64,000 nucleotides of DNA from Takakia lepidozioides (GCA_030704615.1 CM060734.1:9114001-9178000); one strand, 5' to 3'; shown: positions 22,916-37,739, counted from the first letter of the stretch. Notes: generated from the letters alone by a model not told the origin. A program made the numbers and translations.

Positions 22916-25900
22916 TTAAAACCACGCTGATGGTTCATGCAAATCTAAAGCATTCTGAATGAAAGCCCTATGTGAACGGAACTTCCACTGGTCTGAAGAC
23001 AAGCTCATGAGTCATTGGGCTCTTCTAGGTAAACTGGATTGCAGCTGATGTCGCACCCCTGTTGAAATTCACCACAATGTCGTGCCCTTCAATCAAACCA
23101 CCATGGAATATGGAAAGCTTCACTGTGGGCCCACTGTCTCCGTGCATTTCGTCCTCTATCCCAATGTGAATGTCCCCATACACTGGATAAAAGGCCGAGC
23201 GGAGTCGTTCAGGACTATACATCTCTTGGATGGAGTTCTCCCAGGTCCACTGGCAGCAGTTCCACCGCCAAAGCATAGACTCATAGCCTCCATGAGTTCT
23301 TGGTGAACTCTAAGTTGCCCTAAATGCTATCACAAACACCCAATCCCACAACCACAACGAATCTGGCTTTGCGGACATTGCGGGCTTTCCCGCGCAAGGA
23401 AGGTAGAATGCGGACCCCTAAGCATTGTGTGTGCGCCTACCTCACTCTCTCCCTCTATCTCTCTTGAATGACTGTGCAATGGCATGCACGTTGTGTGCAT
23501 TGGAGCGACTATGTGCAAAATGCATCAAACTACAAAGTAGAGGTACCCCGGGGTGTTTCGATTAGTAGACACCACACAGTACAAGAACACAAAGAGAAGA
23601 CAATGAGGAGGGGAAACAACGTGTACTCACAACCCTCCTACAAGTAGAAGTAGGGCTTCAACAGCCTTGTTCCTTTCAATGTTGGCGAGTCGAAGCCTCT
23701 AATACTCAGTCACTGGGCTATTGGTACCTCTGGGCCTTAGTACCATCGTCGAATGCAGAACGGTTATGACTTGATGTGAATGACAGTATGACCTGATGTG
23801 TCTTCAGCTCATGAGGGGAATATCCAACCTGAGAAGGGAGACATGGTAATATACCTACGCCCTCTGAAATTTTGGCAGAAGCTCAATCGGGTGGTCTCAT
23901 GGACACCTCAGCAGCGCCAGTGGTAACATTTTGTATGCCAGAACAAAGTTGCATGGCTGCTAACTCACAGATGGCAGAGAGGGGGAATTCTCGAATTTCT
24001 ACCTACATGGACAATGAATTGATACATTGGCCAAAGTTCCAGCAGCAACAGCAGGTACCACAAGACAAGATGGCCATGATCAAGAATCATATGGCCAGTA
24101 CTATTAACTTGTTGTGTAATTATTCTAATGACTACATGAGTCTTGAGGAGGCAAACCAGATAGTGGAAAAGATGAAGAATGATTTTGAGGAAATGGTCAA
24201 GAGTTTGGATAATGCCCACTTGTTCCAGCAAGAGAAGGCTTTACTATAAGCCAATCTGCAGAAGTACATCAGCCAGTTGGGGGGTTGTTTTTTCAGGAGC
24301 GATGAGCAGATGAGCCATGAGCCATGAGCAGAGTTGCCGAACCTGTTCCAAAGCAAAATCTGAAGGGACATTGCAAGCTCGGATCCGGTTCGGGATGTGT
24401 GCGAAGCTGATATGACCATATAATTATTCGTACAAAGTATAAATGCACGGTATTAGAAGGTCTTCCACCTATTTCCACGCGGTATATACAATACGAAACT
24501 TAACCAAGGGCGGAGGAAAACGAGAAGTCGGCAACGACTTCTGCTGCATGGGGATCTGGGAAGTCTATGCCGACTTCTCGAACAGAAGGTGATCCGGGGA
24601 AATGTTACTTAAAATGGGCTAGCGGAAATTTGTGCCGATTTCTCCCAAAAACAGATCATGTGCTTCAGTAAATAGGAAAATTGAAGTAGGGACCGGGAAG
24701 TCTGTGCCGACTTCTGGAAAGCAATGAAATGACATAAAATCGGAAAAGGCAGGGACTGTGAATACTGTTGAAAATGCAGATGTACTCTAACATATTCCAT
24801 GCTTCAAGACAGTTAGTCATACAAAAATATTTCCTCCGTCCGTTGCATGGAGCTGCACAAGAAATAAACACGAAACAAACTTTTGAATTTACAAAAACGT
24901 TTCAGGGTAACAAGGTTAATGAGTGCCATCACTGGTAGCGTCCCCATATTCCATCTCCACATCATCCACTACTTTCTCGATGATTTCATCGACATCATCA
25001 CCGTCCTCTTTCTCTGTCGATGGATCAGAGCTCTCGATATGGCCCCCTCAAATGACATGGAGAGGGAGGCGAGACCTCCCTTGTACGAAGGGGCGAAAGT
25101 GAGTCGACTTTCAACAATCTTACTCTTGCTCAATCTTCAAATTCGATTTGGCATAAGTAATGTTGGGATGTTTGCCATAATGCGAACTATTGCGGACTAT
25201 ATCCTTGCTCCACACTTGAAACCCAAGATGCCACGGTCGCGGAAAGAGGCGCGCGAAGTCTTGGACTCTGTGGGGATGGGCTATAAGATTTTTCATGCAT
25301 GTCCATGTGATAAAACCCTATACTACGGAGATGATTCGCGTATGACCAAGTGTCCAAAGTGCAAAAAAGACCGATATCGGGATGATGTCCAAGGGAAAAA
25401 AATACCACGCAAGGTATAAGCGCCATTCCCCCTCGCATGGAAATTATTTTTCTTTAATCTTCTCAATGCATGTAAAGTGTATTCCACAAAGTTTAGGGTT
25501 TAGAGCGTAGTATTCATGCAAAATCTGATTGTGGCTTTGGAAGGAGTGAGTAATATTAGCGACGTTCGGTGTGATCATTATTTTCCTATTGAGGGAGAGG
25601 GTGCATAAAGGAAAAGACATAAGGGTGTCGTATTATGTGTGCTAATGGGATGATTACATGTGGGGGACGTGGGGTATTTCATCCTAGAAAATACATTACT
25701 TTCCGATCATCCCGCGATTGAAGGCACAGTACCGAAGCCCCACATTGGCTGTTCTAATGAGATGGCACGCCTCGCATCGGAGCCCCCCGGGAAAGGTGTG
25801 CGGGCCACAAGATTCACAAGCATGGAGGCATACTGAAGAGGATCCATGACATGTCCACCTCGGCTTCTCCTCGGATGGGGTCAACCCGTACTCTGTCCAG

Positions 25901-27060
25901 TCATGTAGTCATTCCACTTGGCCGGTGACCATGGTGAACTACAACATCCCTCCATATCTTTCAATAAAAAAAGGCCATATCATGTTGGCTGCCATTGTAC
26001 TAGGTGAGTGTTCCCATTTCATTCTTATTATTCCCTTGGACTTTACATTAATTTTCTGATCTCTGGCGCAATTCGGATGCAAGATTGATGAGTGACATAA
26101 TCATGGAGCACTACAATACAAGCTGGGCTTTTCGACTCTGTATTTGACTCATTTTTTAGTCATTTGTGACATTTTTACTCCCAGCCTCCATAGTCGAACA
26201 TGCGTGACAAAGGTCAAGTCATTTCAGTCAAGCAGTCGAATCTAGATGCCAGGTTTTGACAGCGAAATGTGACAGTAAAACCTAGGGGGTGACGTGTAGG
26301 CAGCACAGTATGACATGGATGCGATGTGGCTATGACGTGGCTATGACGTGGCTATGACGTGTAGTAAAGTGGTTTAACTGAATTATAAGGTGGATGCATG
26401 ACGTGTAGTGAGTGGGTTAAGGGCAGAGTGACATGGATGCATGACGTGTAGTAAAGTGGTTTAACTGAAGTGGAACATATTGACTATGTTCCATGATGTT
26501 TAGTATACAGTTTGACTGTAAATCAGTGATAGTGAGTTTGCTTGACTTTGTATATTGTAATATTGTACTGTGAAGCAGTAAAAGAGGACACATTTTAGTA
26601 AATATGTTTCACTCTGGAGGTGTATATACATATAAATATAAAAATATATACATATATATATATACAATATATATATATGAATTGGGAGGCTTTTTATTTA
26701 ATATTTGGTTTCTTTGTTTATTACTGTTATTTCGTTTTTTTCATTTACTTTTAGTTTATATCTGTACGTATGTGAATTAGTGGATATTGTATTTAAATTT
26801 TTTGATTCGCTGCGCTGCATTGAAAATATATTACAAATACAACAAAACATAGAATACAAATACAGGTCGGAACCAAAAACATTTGGATGGCTCAAAACTG
26901 GTTTTATATCAAGAGTGATTTGCAAAACAAATTTTGGCCACATTCTACAAATGACCAACATGCCATATCCATAGATCACTGCCCAACTGAAGTCATTGAG
27001 TAAGGATAATTTGCTGTGCAGCTAGGTCCAGCACTATCGTGGACATGTCAAGAGAAGAAA

Positions 27061-28470
27061 TCATTTTGAGAATGAATTCAGGTAGTTCCAGAGAATGGTG
27101 GTGCCAGCTACCTTGTCACCCAAAGTGACATCCACTTCCAGGGCTGCCTTGAAATACATATCCACCAAGGCAGTGTTTAGAGTGACAACTCTAGCTTTGA
27201 CGATGTCATCATGGACCTTTGTGCCCTTTTGATGGCTGCCAGGCTCACATTTGACGTAGATGTACACTAGATGTTCAGAATGACATCTGGTACAATTCCA
27301 GCTTGGATAATGTCACCATAAACCTCTTTGCCCCTTCCCAGGGCTGCTAGGCTCGCATATGCATATTACAAAAACAAATGAACATGACGGCCTGGTCTGG
27401 CTTCATCCCTTCCCACATCATTTGCTCTTATGTTTCCAAAGCCTTAATCCCATACCTATGCTGCACATACCTTGCAATCATGGCACTCCAAAATACCACA
27501 ACTCGTTCAGCCATATTGTCAAACTCTCCCTTCACATCAGACTTGCTGCACCCACATTTGGCATACATGTCCACCAAGGCAGAGTTCAGAATGACAATTT
27601 CCCCTTTAACGATCGGCATAAGCAAGGGGAAGGAAACAGCAGAGCTGCTGCTCTCTCCCAGCGCCAAAAAAACCAAAAGAAAAAAAAATGGAGGGGCTGA
27701 GAGAGCCGCCATGGCTGTGAAGTACCAGTATGCTGCAACGTGATGTGGTTGGGCTTCACCCCTTCCCCCATCAATATTTGATCATAGGTCTCCAAAGCCT
27801 CCATACCATGTCCCTGCTGTGCATACCCTGCAAGCATCACCCATTCACAATCTCCAACCCTGCCAACCCAGTATATAAACAGACTACACATAAGTTCCTT
27901 GCTTGGCATCCTCAATGCACCCACATTGGGCATACATGTCCACCAGGGCAGAGTTTAGAATCACATCTGGTACAATTCCAGCTTTGACAATGTCATCATA
28001 GACCTCTTTGACCTTTTCCAGGGCTGCCAGGCTTGCATAAGCATTGCAATCACACAAAAACGTGATGTGGTTGGGGCTTCACCCCTTCCCCCATCATTTG
28101 ATCATAGGTCTCCAAATCCACCATCCCACGCCCTGCTCTGCATACCCTGCGATAGTTGTGAGTGTGTACCTGCTTTCCAGCTTCCAGACCTTTTTGGCAT
28201 GAATCCACATCATTTGTTGGCACTAGGAAAGGGTTGAGACTGAGCTGCTCAACTACTCCCTGGTCTTACATAGTGGGTTTACATAGTGTGCCAAGCACAA
28301 CATCTGGAGCCAAAGCCTCCATCCAGTGCCCCTGCTGTGCATACCCTGCAAGCATCGAGTTCTACGACACCACATCAGCTCTGACAATGTTGCCATGGGC
28401 CTCTTTGCCCTTTTCCAGGGCTGCCAGGCTTGCACACGCACTGCAACCGCACACAAACCTGATCAGCCCA
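27061..28470 (-). pseudogene. Additional scrambled PPR motif fragments
   Basis: NTALVDMY, NSALVDMYAKCG and GMEALETYDQ fragments separated by unrelated filler. Confidence 0.8.
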
Positions 28471-31320
28471 AAACCAATGGCCAGCCTCTCACTGTGGTGG
28501 CAAAGAGAAAATTCCTTTTCCTCCTCCCCCACATCATGCAATACAAAGCGCGTATCAGACACATACCCCGCCTCCTTTCATCTGCCCAGACGATCTTCTC
28601 AGCTCAGCATGGATTTCCTTAATTGGGATGCAACTTGTCATCTACAGCAAGGTGTGCACCCTGTTGCCAACCCCAATGCAGCAGCGACCTGGCTGCTTTC
28701 TAACCCCTCTGACCTTCATCATTCTTCACACCTTTGCAGTATCATCCCACCTGCCAGCTGCAGCATACATGTTTGATACCAACACATAAGTCACGGCATC
28801 CTGTTCATCCCATTTGAGGATAGATGTTGCCGCACGTTCAGCCATCTCCACATTGCCATGGATTCTGCAGGCACCAAGCAAGGCCTTCCACACCACAAGA
28901 TCTGGATTGATTCGCATCTTATTAATCAGATCCACTGCCTCATCCAGTTGTCCCGCACGTCCAAGAAGGTCCACCATACAGCCAAAGTGCTTGACTGTTG
29001 GAGTGACACCATGATCTTGATTTCCTTCATTCAGTAGGCCAGTGTGGCTGCATGCAGAGAGAACACATATAAATGTGAGACTGTCCGGCTTCAAGCCATT
29101 CTTTTGCATTTCCTTCAAATAGTTGCAGGACCTCCCTATGACAATGCTGGGCATATCCTGCGATCATCGCGTTCCACGACACCACATTTCGTTCAGCCAT
29201 ATTGTCGAACACTCCCTATGCATCCTCAATGCACCCCACATTTGGCATACATGTCCACGAGGGTATTGTTCAGAATCACATCTGGTACAATTCTAGCTTT
29301 GGCGATGCAACCATGCACCTCTTTGCCCTTTTCCAGGGCTGCCAGGCTTGCAAACGCACACAAACGCGATGTGGTTGCGCTTCACCCCTTCCACCATCAT
29401 TTGCTCATAGGTCTCCAAGGCCTCCATCCCCCCCCCTGTAGTGCATACCCTGCAAGCATGGCGTTCCATGACACCAAATCTCGTTCAGCCATATTGTTGA
29501 ACCTCCCTCCACGTCCTCAATGCCCACATTTGACATGTATGTCCCCGAGGGTGTTGTTCAGAATCACATCTGGTACAATTCCAGCTTTGACGATGCAACC
29601 ATGGACCTTATTGCCCTTTTCCAGGGCTGTCAGGCTTGCACAAGCATTGCAAACGCACACAAACGTGATGTTGTTGCGCTTCACCCCTTCCCCCATCATT
29701 TGCTCATAGGTCTCCAAGGCCTCCATCCCGTGCCCCGCTGTGCATATCCTGCAAGCATGGCGTTCCATGACACCAATTTTGTTCAGCCATATTGTTGAAC
29801 ACTCCCTCCACATTTGGCATACATGTCCACAGGGTATTGTTCAGAATCACATCTGGTACATTTTCAGCTGTGACGATGCGACCATGGACCTCTTTGCCCT
29901 TTTCCAGGGCTGCCAGGCTTGCACACGCACTGCAGACGCACAGAAACTTTATGTGGTTGGGCTTCACCCCTTCCTCCATCATTTGCTCGTAGGTCTCCAC
30001 AGCCTCCATCCCGCGCCCCTGCTGTGCATATCCTGCAAGCATGGCGTTCCATGACACCACATCTTGTTCAGCCATATTGTTGAACACTCCCTCGGCATCC
30101 TCAATGCTCCCACAATTGGCATACATGTCCACAAGGGTATTGTTCAGAATGACATCTGGTACAATTCCAGCTTTCACGATGCAACCATGCACCTCTTTGC
30201 ACATGCATTGCAAATGCACACAAACGTGATGTGGTTGGGCTTCACCCCTTCCCACATCATTTGATCACAGGTCTCCAAAGCCACAATCCCCCCTTGCGTG
30301 CCACGACACCACCATCTTGTTCAGCCATAGCGTTGAAAACTGCCTTCGCATCCTCTTTCCCCTTTTCCAGAGCTGCCAGGCTTGCACATGCATTGCAAAC
30401 GCACACAAACGTGTTGTGGTCAGGCTTCACCCCTTCCCCCATCATTTGATCATAGGTCTCCAAAGCCACCCCCACCGTCCCTGATATGCATACCCTGCAA
30501 GCATCGCGTGCCACGACACCACATCTCGTTCAGCCATAGTGTTGAAAACTGCCTTTGCATCCTTAATGCACTTACATTTGGCATACATGTCGACCAGGGC
30601 AGTGTTCAGAATGACATCTGGTACAATTCCAGCTTTCACGATGTCATCATGGACCTCTTTCCCCTTTTCCAGGGCTCCCAGGCTTGCACACGAATTGCAA
30701 ACACAAACGAACGTGATGTGCAACATTTGCTCATAGGTCTCCAAAGCATTCCTACCACACCCATGCTTGGTAAATCCTGCCAACATTATATTCCACGTGA
30801 TCAAAGATGGTCGAGGCATTCTGTGGAAAACCTGGTGAGCATCCATGATGCTCCCACACTTAACATACATGTTGACAAGGGTGTTGAGTAGAAAAACATT
30901 TGGCGTTAATCACTTTGGATAATGTGAGTGTGCACCTGTTTCCAGCTTCCAGACCTTTCATCTTGATGCACTTAAGCAAGAGACAGAAGACGTATCTGAA
31001 TCTGCTGAAATGCCGTGTTAGTTTAAAGTTCTAGAGCCTCTGTCAGTCTGCCTGCCTCACAAAGCATCTTCACATGCCCAGCAGAAGAGGCATTGTGGAC
31101 TCCCTCTCTTGATCCTCTTTCAGAAGCTGTGGTCATGCTTGATTTTATCAACTGTGCCGCTGCAGCTGCTACCTTTACTTGACCATCTACCCATGCAGGT
31201 TCCTTGTAGCTATTGATCCACATGGAATCATAGGTAATCTGGAGCTTGAAGTCCAGCCCTCTTGGATGAACCTGGACTATCCCTGCTCCTTCAGCTATCC
31301 ATGCCTCTGCACAAATCATG
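28470..31320 (-). pseudogene. PLS-class PPR protein with E/E+ domains and truncated DYW domain (organellar RNA-editing factor type)
   Basis: Repeating P-L-S motifs (VVSWNAMLAGYAQQG / [23 protein letters not shown] / NTLVDMYAKCG); HFGCMVDLLGRAG, VWKALLGACRIHG and [30 protein letters not shown] motifs; many frameshifts. Confidence 0.92.
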
Positions 31321-32815
31321 CATACTGCATCCTTGCCTTGCTGCTAGCACCTGACAATGAAAGCCTAGATTTGTTCTAGGAAAAACCTATCTCAACTTAT
31401 CACACTAGTTCCTATGGTCAATTGCATCTGCTACTCTTTGTAATCCAACAAGCATTCACCTTTTTGCCTCGATTGTCCCGCCATTGCCTGGGGTCAGAAA
31501 AGTATCAGAATTCAACATGAAAATTTAGGGCCAATTCTGATAAGAGGGAAAAACAGGGTGAAATCTGTTGAAGAAGGTACCTTCATTAGCAGTGCCTGAT
31601 TTTATCAATTGAGCCGCTGGTGCTGTGGCTTCCAGTTCACCATCTACCCGTGCAGGTTTCGTGTAGCTATCCTTCCACAGGGAATCATAGGTAATCTGGA
31701 GCTTGAAATTCGGCCCTCTTGGATGAATCTGGACCCACACTCTATCCCTGCTCCTTCAGCTATCCAGACCTCTGCACAAATCATGCACACATCCTTGCCT
31801 TGCTGCAGCTAGCAGCTGAAGCAGCTGATACTGACGCCCTAACCCTACCTACAATAACATGTCAAAATCACTCCAAAACCACCATAGATCCACCAACGAG
31901 CTTCTCCTAATCTATGTTATCTGTTTTTGGATACTTTCCTGCTGCCACATCGGCAGTAACTTGTCAAAGTCACTCCTAAACACCACAGATCCACCCAACG
32001 AGCTAACTTACAAAATTCAATATGCATCTCAGGGCGAGTCTGATGAGAGGGTGGCAGAAATAGGTTGAAGAAGAAGGTGCCCTCACCACATTGTCGACCT
32101 TGACCTTGTGTCATGACCCATGGAGGATTTGACAGACCATCAACCCAAAGATCCTCTTGTGTGTGCTGCTTGTGTCCATCGTCAGGAACTGTCGGATTGG
32201 TTTGTGAGAACCACCACGGTGCAGCTGAGCAGAGATTGAAACACGGCCTGCTAAGACCAAGCTCTCTCCCAAGAACCTTGTAAACATCAGGAAGAATACC
32301 AAATCATGGTACTAACAGGAGCCAAGAGCCCACATTTACATGATGGACAAACTTCTTCACATCGTACATTAAGAAAAAGCCACACCTTGCGATTGCGGTT
32401 GTCGCACCATCGTGAAGGATCTTTAAAAAACTCATGCCTGCTCTGCTCCGTGCTGCAAATTTAGGGCCGAGTCTGATGAGCGGGCAAAACAGGCTGAAAG
32501 ACGTCGAAGAAGGTGCCCTCACCACATTGTCCTCGACCTTGTGTCATGACCCATCGAGGATTTGACTGACCACCTCTTGTGTGTGCTGCTTGTGTCTGTA
32601 GTCAGGTAATGTCGGATTGGTCTGCGAGAACCACCACGATGCAGCTGAGCGGGCGGAGATTGAAACACGGCCTGCTAAGACCAAGCCGACTCACCCAAGA
32701 ACGTTGTAAACATCAGGAAGAATACCAAATCATGGTACTAAGAGCCCACATTTGCAGGATGGACAAACATCTTCACATCGTACATTAAGAAGAGCCACAC
32801 CTTGCGATTGCGGTT
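31140..32815. repeat. Local tandem duplications (31140-31345 vs 31595-31810; 32030-32405 vs 32460-32815)
   Basis: Direct comparison of long shared words, e.g. GGAATCATAGGTAATCTGGAGCTTGAA and GTAAACATCAGGAAGAATACCAAATCATGGTACTAA. Confidence 0.85.
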
Positions 32816-35800
32816 GTCCGCCCAAGCTATGCATATCCTGCAGATCCTCCCACGCAAACACAGCAAAACGATCAAGTCCCATAACTTTCTCATCGCTGAA
32901 CGCAATCCCGCAACCCTAAATCCATTTTGAATTATTTGGATGAATGTATCGTAGATGGATGGATTTTGGGTTTTCCATCAATATATCCATCCATCCATTT
33001 AATTTTTCGTTCATCCAATAGTTGCCATCAAGGCGTTTGCTTTATCGTTCATTCATACGTTCATCCAACAGCTGCCAGCAAGGCGTTTGTTTATCATTCG
33101 TTCAGATAATTCAGTTGTTCTGTTTCACTAACCTTTCATACGTTCATCCAATAGCTGCCAGCAAGGCGTTTGTTTATCATTCGTTCAGATAATTCAGTTG
33201 TTTTGTTTCACTAACCTTAACCAGCACACGATTAGTTTACTATTAATGTGTTGGGTCAGTGAAAAAATAGTTAAATATTTCTTATTATCCATGTATATAT
33301 TGCTATATATAGTTTATATATTGTGATTACACATGCCATTGCTTAACTGGTTGTCTCAGTCAGCTCATTTTAGGTAGTCAAAATCTCTCACTACAGTCAA
33401 AATTTTCGCGGTTGTCTAGCACCTCGTATAAATTTTGACTGCAAAATGGTTGGAACAGTCGAAAGTGACAACAGTCAACGCCAGCATCAAAACTAAATCG
33501 TTGAAATTACATAGGGTGTGTTGTAGTGGAGTAAGACGTGTAATTCATTATGTAGTATAATTTGCATATTGGTGGAGCATTGAAACAATGATGTGAATGT
33601 CTTATAGGGAAAAAACAAGTGACAAACATAGACACGTACTCAAGCGACCTCTAGTTGATGAACTTAAGGAGCTATGGAGGGGGGTCCCGACATTAGATGC
33701 TTCACTTGACCCTATGGCCGGACAATCTTTTCAGATGAGAGACATCTTGCTTTGGACAATGCATGATTATCCAGGTATATTATGTTCCCCATGAAGAACC
33801 CGCATACATTCACTTGTCAAGGCCGGATAATATCGATGATGATTGGGATTGATTGAAGTAGCGGCGATAGTCTTGTGCACCTTAGTTCGGTACCAGGTTC
33901 GCAATTGCGTGAGCTGGAGATAGGGGACATTATGGTGGAGTTGGACTTCAGTGAAGGCACACGCAGGGTGACGAGTTTCCGAGCACTTCTGTGGGATTCT
34001 ATTTGGGTGAGGCCTGCCAGTGGACAACATTGGATACTTGTTGTGCGAGATAGACTTGGAAGACGGAATGTTCGTCTCTTCATCAGGAGATGTTGCTGCG
34101 GCGAGTTCTGGAGGTCTTACTACCATAACTATACTGCACCTCCACAATATTTGCTCCCGGATATGGCTCTTGACTTGCTCAGTCACTCTTCTGGGCCAGG
34201 GAATATATTGTTGAAATAAGGGAGAATCGGAACAGGTTTGTCCTGGATGTTTGCGCATTTCACGACGTTGTGGAGGAGCTCCCACTTGGCCTCCAATATC
34301 TGTATGTTTTCATGAACGTGACCTCTATAGATATCTTGTATCTTCATGTATGCCATCTAAATCCAGAAAACGGCAATGCGCAATGGACAACTACCGCGCC
34401 ACTCCTAATTCTGGACTTGTGGTTCGACGACTCGGTGGTTCGTGTTGTGGATATCAACGCAGCAGCATAAAGCGTTAAGGATCATTGTAGAGGGTGATTG
34501 GAGGGCACAGGCTCCGGGTTATGGTAGTTCCACAGGTTTCTTATGCCGCAGTGGTCCATTTCTGATGATGGAAGCTCGGAGTTGTCGTTGTACAAAATAA
34601 AAACTTCCAGTTTCCTGATGTTTGTATTTCGAGCGTGTATGGCAATTTTCTGTCATGTCAATGTGGGGTTGATGTTGTGTTGAATGGGGTCTGCAAGTTC
34701 AACTGTCTTCTGATCCTAAATATGTTACCCTGACATTACAATGGCTTGTGAGGGCTACAAGTTTGTGTCTCTTTCATGTCCTGCACAATGTTTTTCAGCC
34801 GTGACGTGGAATAACGCCGCCGAAATACCTCATTCCGCATCCTGGACCAGGAGAAAGAGACCCTATTATCGAGGTATGAGGACCTAATACCGTCAATAAA
34901 GGCACGAAAATTCCAATTCCGCGGATGCCCGCTCATGAGCTCATAGGCTCATGGGCTCATGGGCTCATGAAATAGTAAACCTCGTCATGGCCACTCTCAG
35001 CAGAGAACACAAGCACAAGTTATTCCATGTAATTTGCATCAATGGGTAGTGATAGGAAGCACATGTTACACAGAAATTGAGGGACAATTGCACTTACAAT
35101 ACGCGCCTCCATTGCAGCTTTCCCACCATGGCCTGGTTAGATTCTGAATCGCACCGTGTGCCGCCTTCATACTGTCACTTTTTTTTGGCAAAGTTTGGTG
35201 TTGCCCAGTAACTGACCAGTCAATCCCACTGTGCTGACACAACATGGCTGGGTCTCCCGCCGCCCCTCTTATACCGCATATATATATATCGTACATTTGT
35301 GTCTTCAGTATCTTACCGACCATGCGTTTATAGTACTTCCATTCCAAGTCCCTTGGTGTGTATGCATACGACTTTCCCACTAGTATCCCCAGTATTTCTT
35401 GCAGCAGAGACTCAGGTTGGTCGTTTATATGTATAGACATGTCGCACAGATGGAGGACTTGACCCTCACACATGAATGCCATGCATTGCGCGATGGAGGG
35501 AGGGGGTCTCCATTGGTATCTACTTCAATGACATGAGGGGGGGGGATCTACTTCTTCCATTTCTTCCTTTTGGGACAGAACTGCAGACTTGGCTTTGCGG
35601 TTCATGGTTCTTAATGCATTTGCCCTCTCCTTTCCACTGGGAAGCAACTCTTCTGCCTCCTCAGAGCCTTTTGGAGTGCCAGAAGAGCACCCTGTTCTTT
35701 CTCGTGACCTCGCCGGAGCCCAAACTCATGCCAATATGCACCTGTTCAAAACAATACAAGACAACTATTCCGGTCCCAGATTGCGATCTCTCTATTCTCC

Positions 35801-37739
35801 CGCCTTTCAAGTCCAGTAGGAGCACACGGCGAGGAGTCTTGGCAATTGGAGGAAACAATCTGTATAGCGATGAAATATCGCGGCAAAGCAAGTGCTGCAT
35901 CGGAGCAAACGACGGGTGAAGAAGCTTCCCGACAAAGATTTGAATTCCTTAGCGATGCAAAGTGAGTAGGAAGGAATTCCAGAAGATCTGTGACCCAATG
36001 GCAAGGCCAAAGACCCCCTGGGGCACCACCAGTATTTTAATTGCCAGGAAGCGGCAGACTGCCTATATGGCGAAACCATGGAAACCAGCAAAATGATTGG
36101 CTTTTCTTCCCCGATCCCCCTGAGAAATTACAGGCAGCTACGAGACATCTAATTATAATTTTTCACCAAGTTTGGTGAATTATGGAAGTGATGAAAGATG
36201 GCATCAAATTATCAAGCCGGAGGCATTCGCGAAGGGCGATTAAATGGAGTTCTAGCTCATCTAATGGATGAAAAAAGGAATTTCTACCTGAAAGCTGGAT
36301 GGATGAAAAGAAAACCTAGCGCCAATTGGTCATCCATTGGATGGATGAAAAAACCACATTTATCATTATCTCCAAGGTTTTCTATTCAGGGTTATTAGTT
36401 TATTGTGTTCTATCGTTTTTAAATTATAGACTCATGTAGGAAATAATAGTGTAAGACTATCTTCACTAGTTTAAGTCCGATTGAAGCCATCAGTTTGATA
36501 TGTATCCCGGGGCTTGTGAAAGCAGAGAGAGAGAGAGCCCAGAGACAAGGAGGAGAGAATCCTTGGTAGGGGTTCCAGAAGGTAGAAGATGACATGTTTC
36601 AAATTCGTTCTAAGCTGGTTGCTTGCATAAATTAATCAGATTATATAGGAAGTAGGTGGAAGAGGCACACGGAATGAACCCTGGGACCCACTGAATGTTT
36701 AATCATTGTTTAAATACTAGGGTGGCAATCGGATGAGAAATTGATAGGAGGCGGATTTCATTCATCCTGGCCCGGTGATTGCTTAAGTTGCTAATGCACT
36801 ATTGATTGGGTTTGGTATAGGAATTTATGGGCGCTCCCAAGGTGGAGAGCGGTTCCCCAACGCTCCCAAAACAAGGGGCGTTCCCAGGGCATTCCCCTGG
36901 TACCTTGAAGGTAATTCGGGTAGTTCCAAGATCCTATGAGGGTTATCTATTTCTACGGATTTCATGCATTTGTAGGAAGGTTTTAATTATTTGTTATTTA
37001 TTATTCAGCGGGGTAAATCCGCCTTGAACAAGGGATTTTATCTGGACCCCCTTAACTTCAAAATGGAAGTTTTAAAGGAGGTATTGCCCCCTTCCGCCAA
37101 GAATATTTGAAGGCAAATACCCGGCCGTTGGAGGGGCCTTGGGCCAAGGAACGACCATTGGTTTCATTAGATCTCGGGAATAACCTCTAGGTTTGAATAG
37201 CTATTATTCACCCGATAGACTGACCATTGAGGTTGAAACTTTGGATCGCTCCAAGCAGGGGAGACCGACTTGGGAAAGCGGATCCGGTACCTTCCTCGCA
37301 GGTAGGAAACTAATCCACCTCGGGATTTAGGGGGGGCATTGGGCGGGAGATAGATGATCCCCGTCTCCCTGGACTCGGGATTCGCTTTGTGAAGGGATTT
37401 GAAGGTTCGTCTCGACTATAAGTGTGTTGGGAGCTCAGGCATGTAGGAAGTAGTAATAAACAAAGACTTGGAAAGCAGTTACGATTAAAGACGTAGAAAA
37501 CCATAAACAAAACGTAGGACTAGGAAACGCAAATCACCCTGTGAAGTGGAGTTGTCAAGCTTTGCTTTGGCGGTAGGAATTTAAAATGTGTTAGATCCAC
37601 CCATAGCTGCCGCGGACCCGTGCACTTACCGCAGTCGGGTAGGCGGTTCGTTGAGCCCAACCTACACCGCAAGTTATCACGACCCCCTAGGCTAGTATGC
37701 CGTCACCCTGGCTGCACGCGACCAGGGCTCATCATGGAG

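Larger units (their letters stand above)
26109..33528. mobile_element. Non-autonomous Pack-CACTA carrying PPR-DYW gene fragments
   Basis: TIRs CACTACAATACA / TGTGTTGTAGTG; 3-bp TSD GAG at 26106-26108 and 33529-33531; TTGACT/AGTCAA-type subterminal repeats. Confidence 0.9.
25040..33775 (+). pseudogene. CACTA/En-Spm Tnp2-family transposase remnant; exons ~25040-25413, ~25690-26003, ~33608-33775
   Basis: LYEG..., HACPCD...CPKC, YFPIIPRL, DGVNPY, STWPV...YNIPP and RPLVDELKELW...LLWTMHDYPG motifs; GT/AG boundaries. Confidence 0.85.

Noticed and set aside
32030-32510. Hammerhead ribozyme candidates CTGATGA...GAAA (also ~21067)
   Set aside because: No convincing stem II or stem I/III pairing around the core
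33800-35500. Possible F-box/LRR fragment and CACTA TnpA-like fragment
   Set aside because: Only vague resemblance; no motif strong enough to support a call without a search
36420-37735. Possible solo LTR or leader of another retroelement
   Set aside because: No second copy, TSD or clear PBS/PPT identifiable in the window
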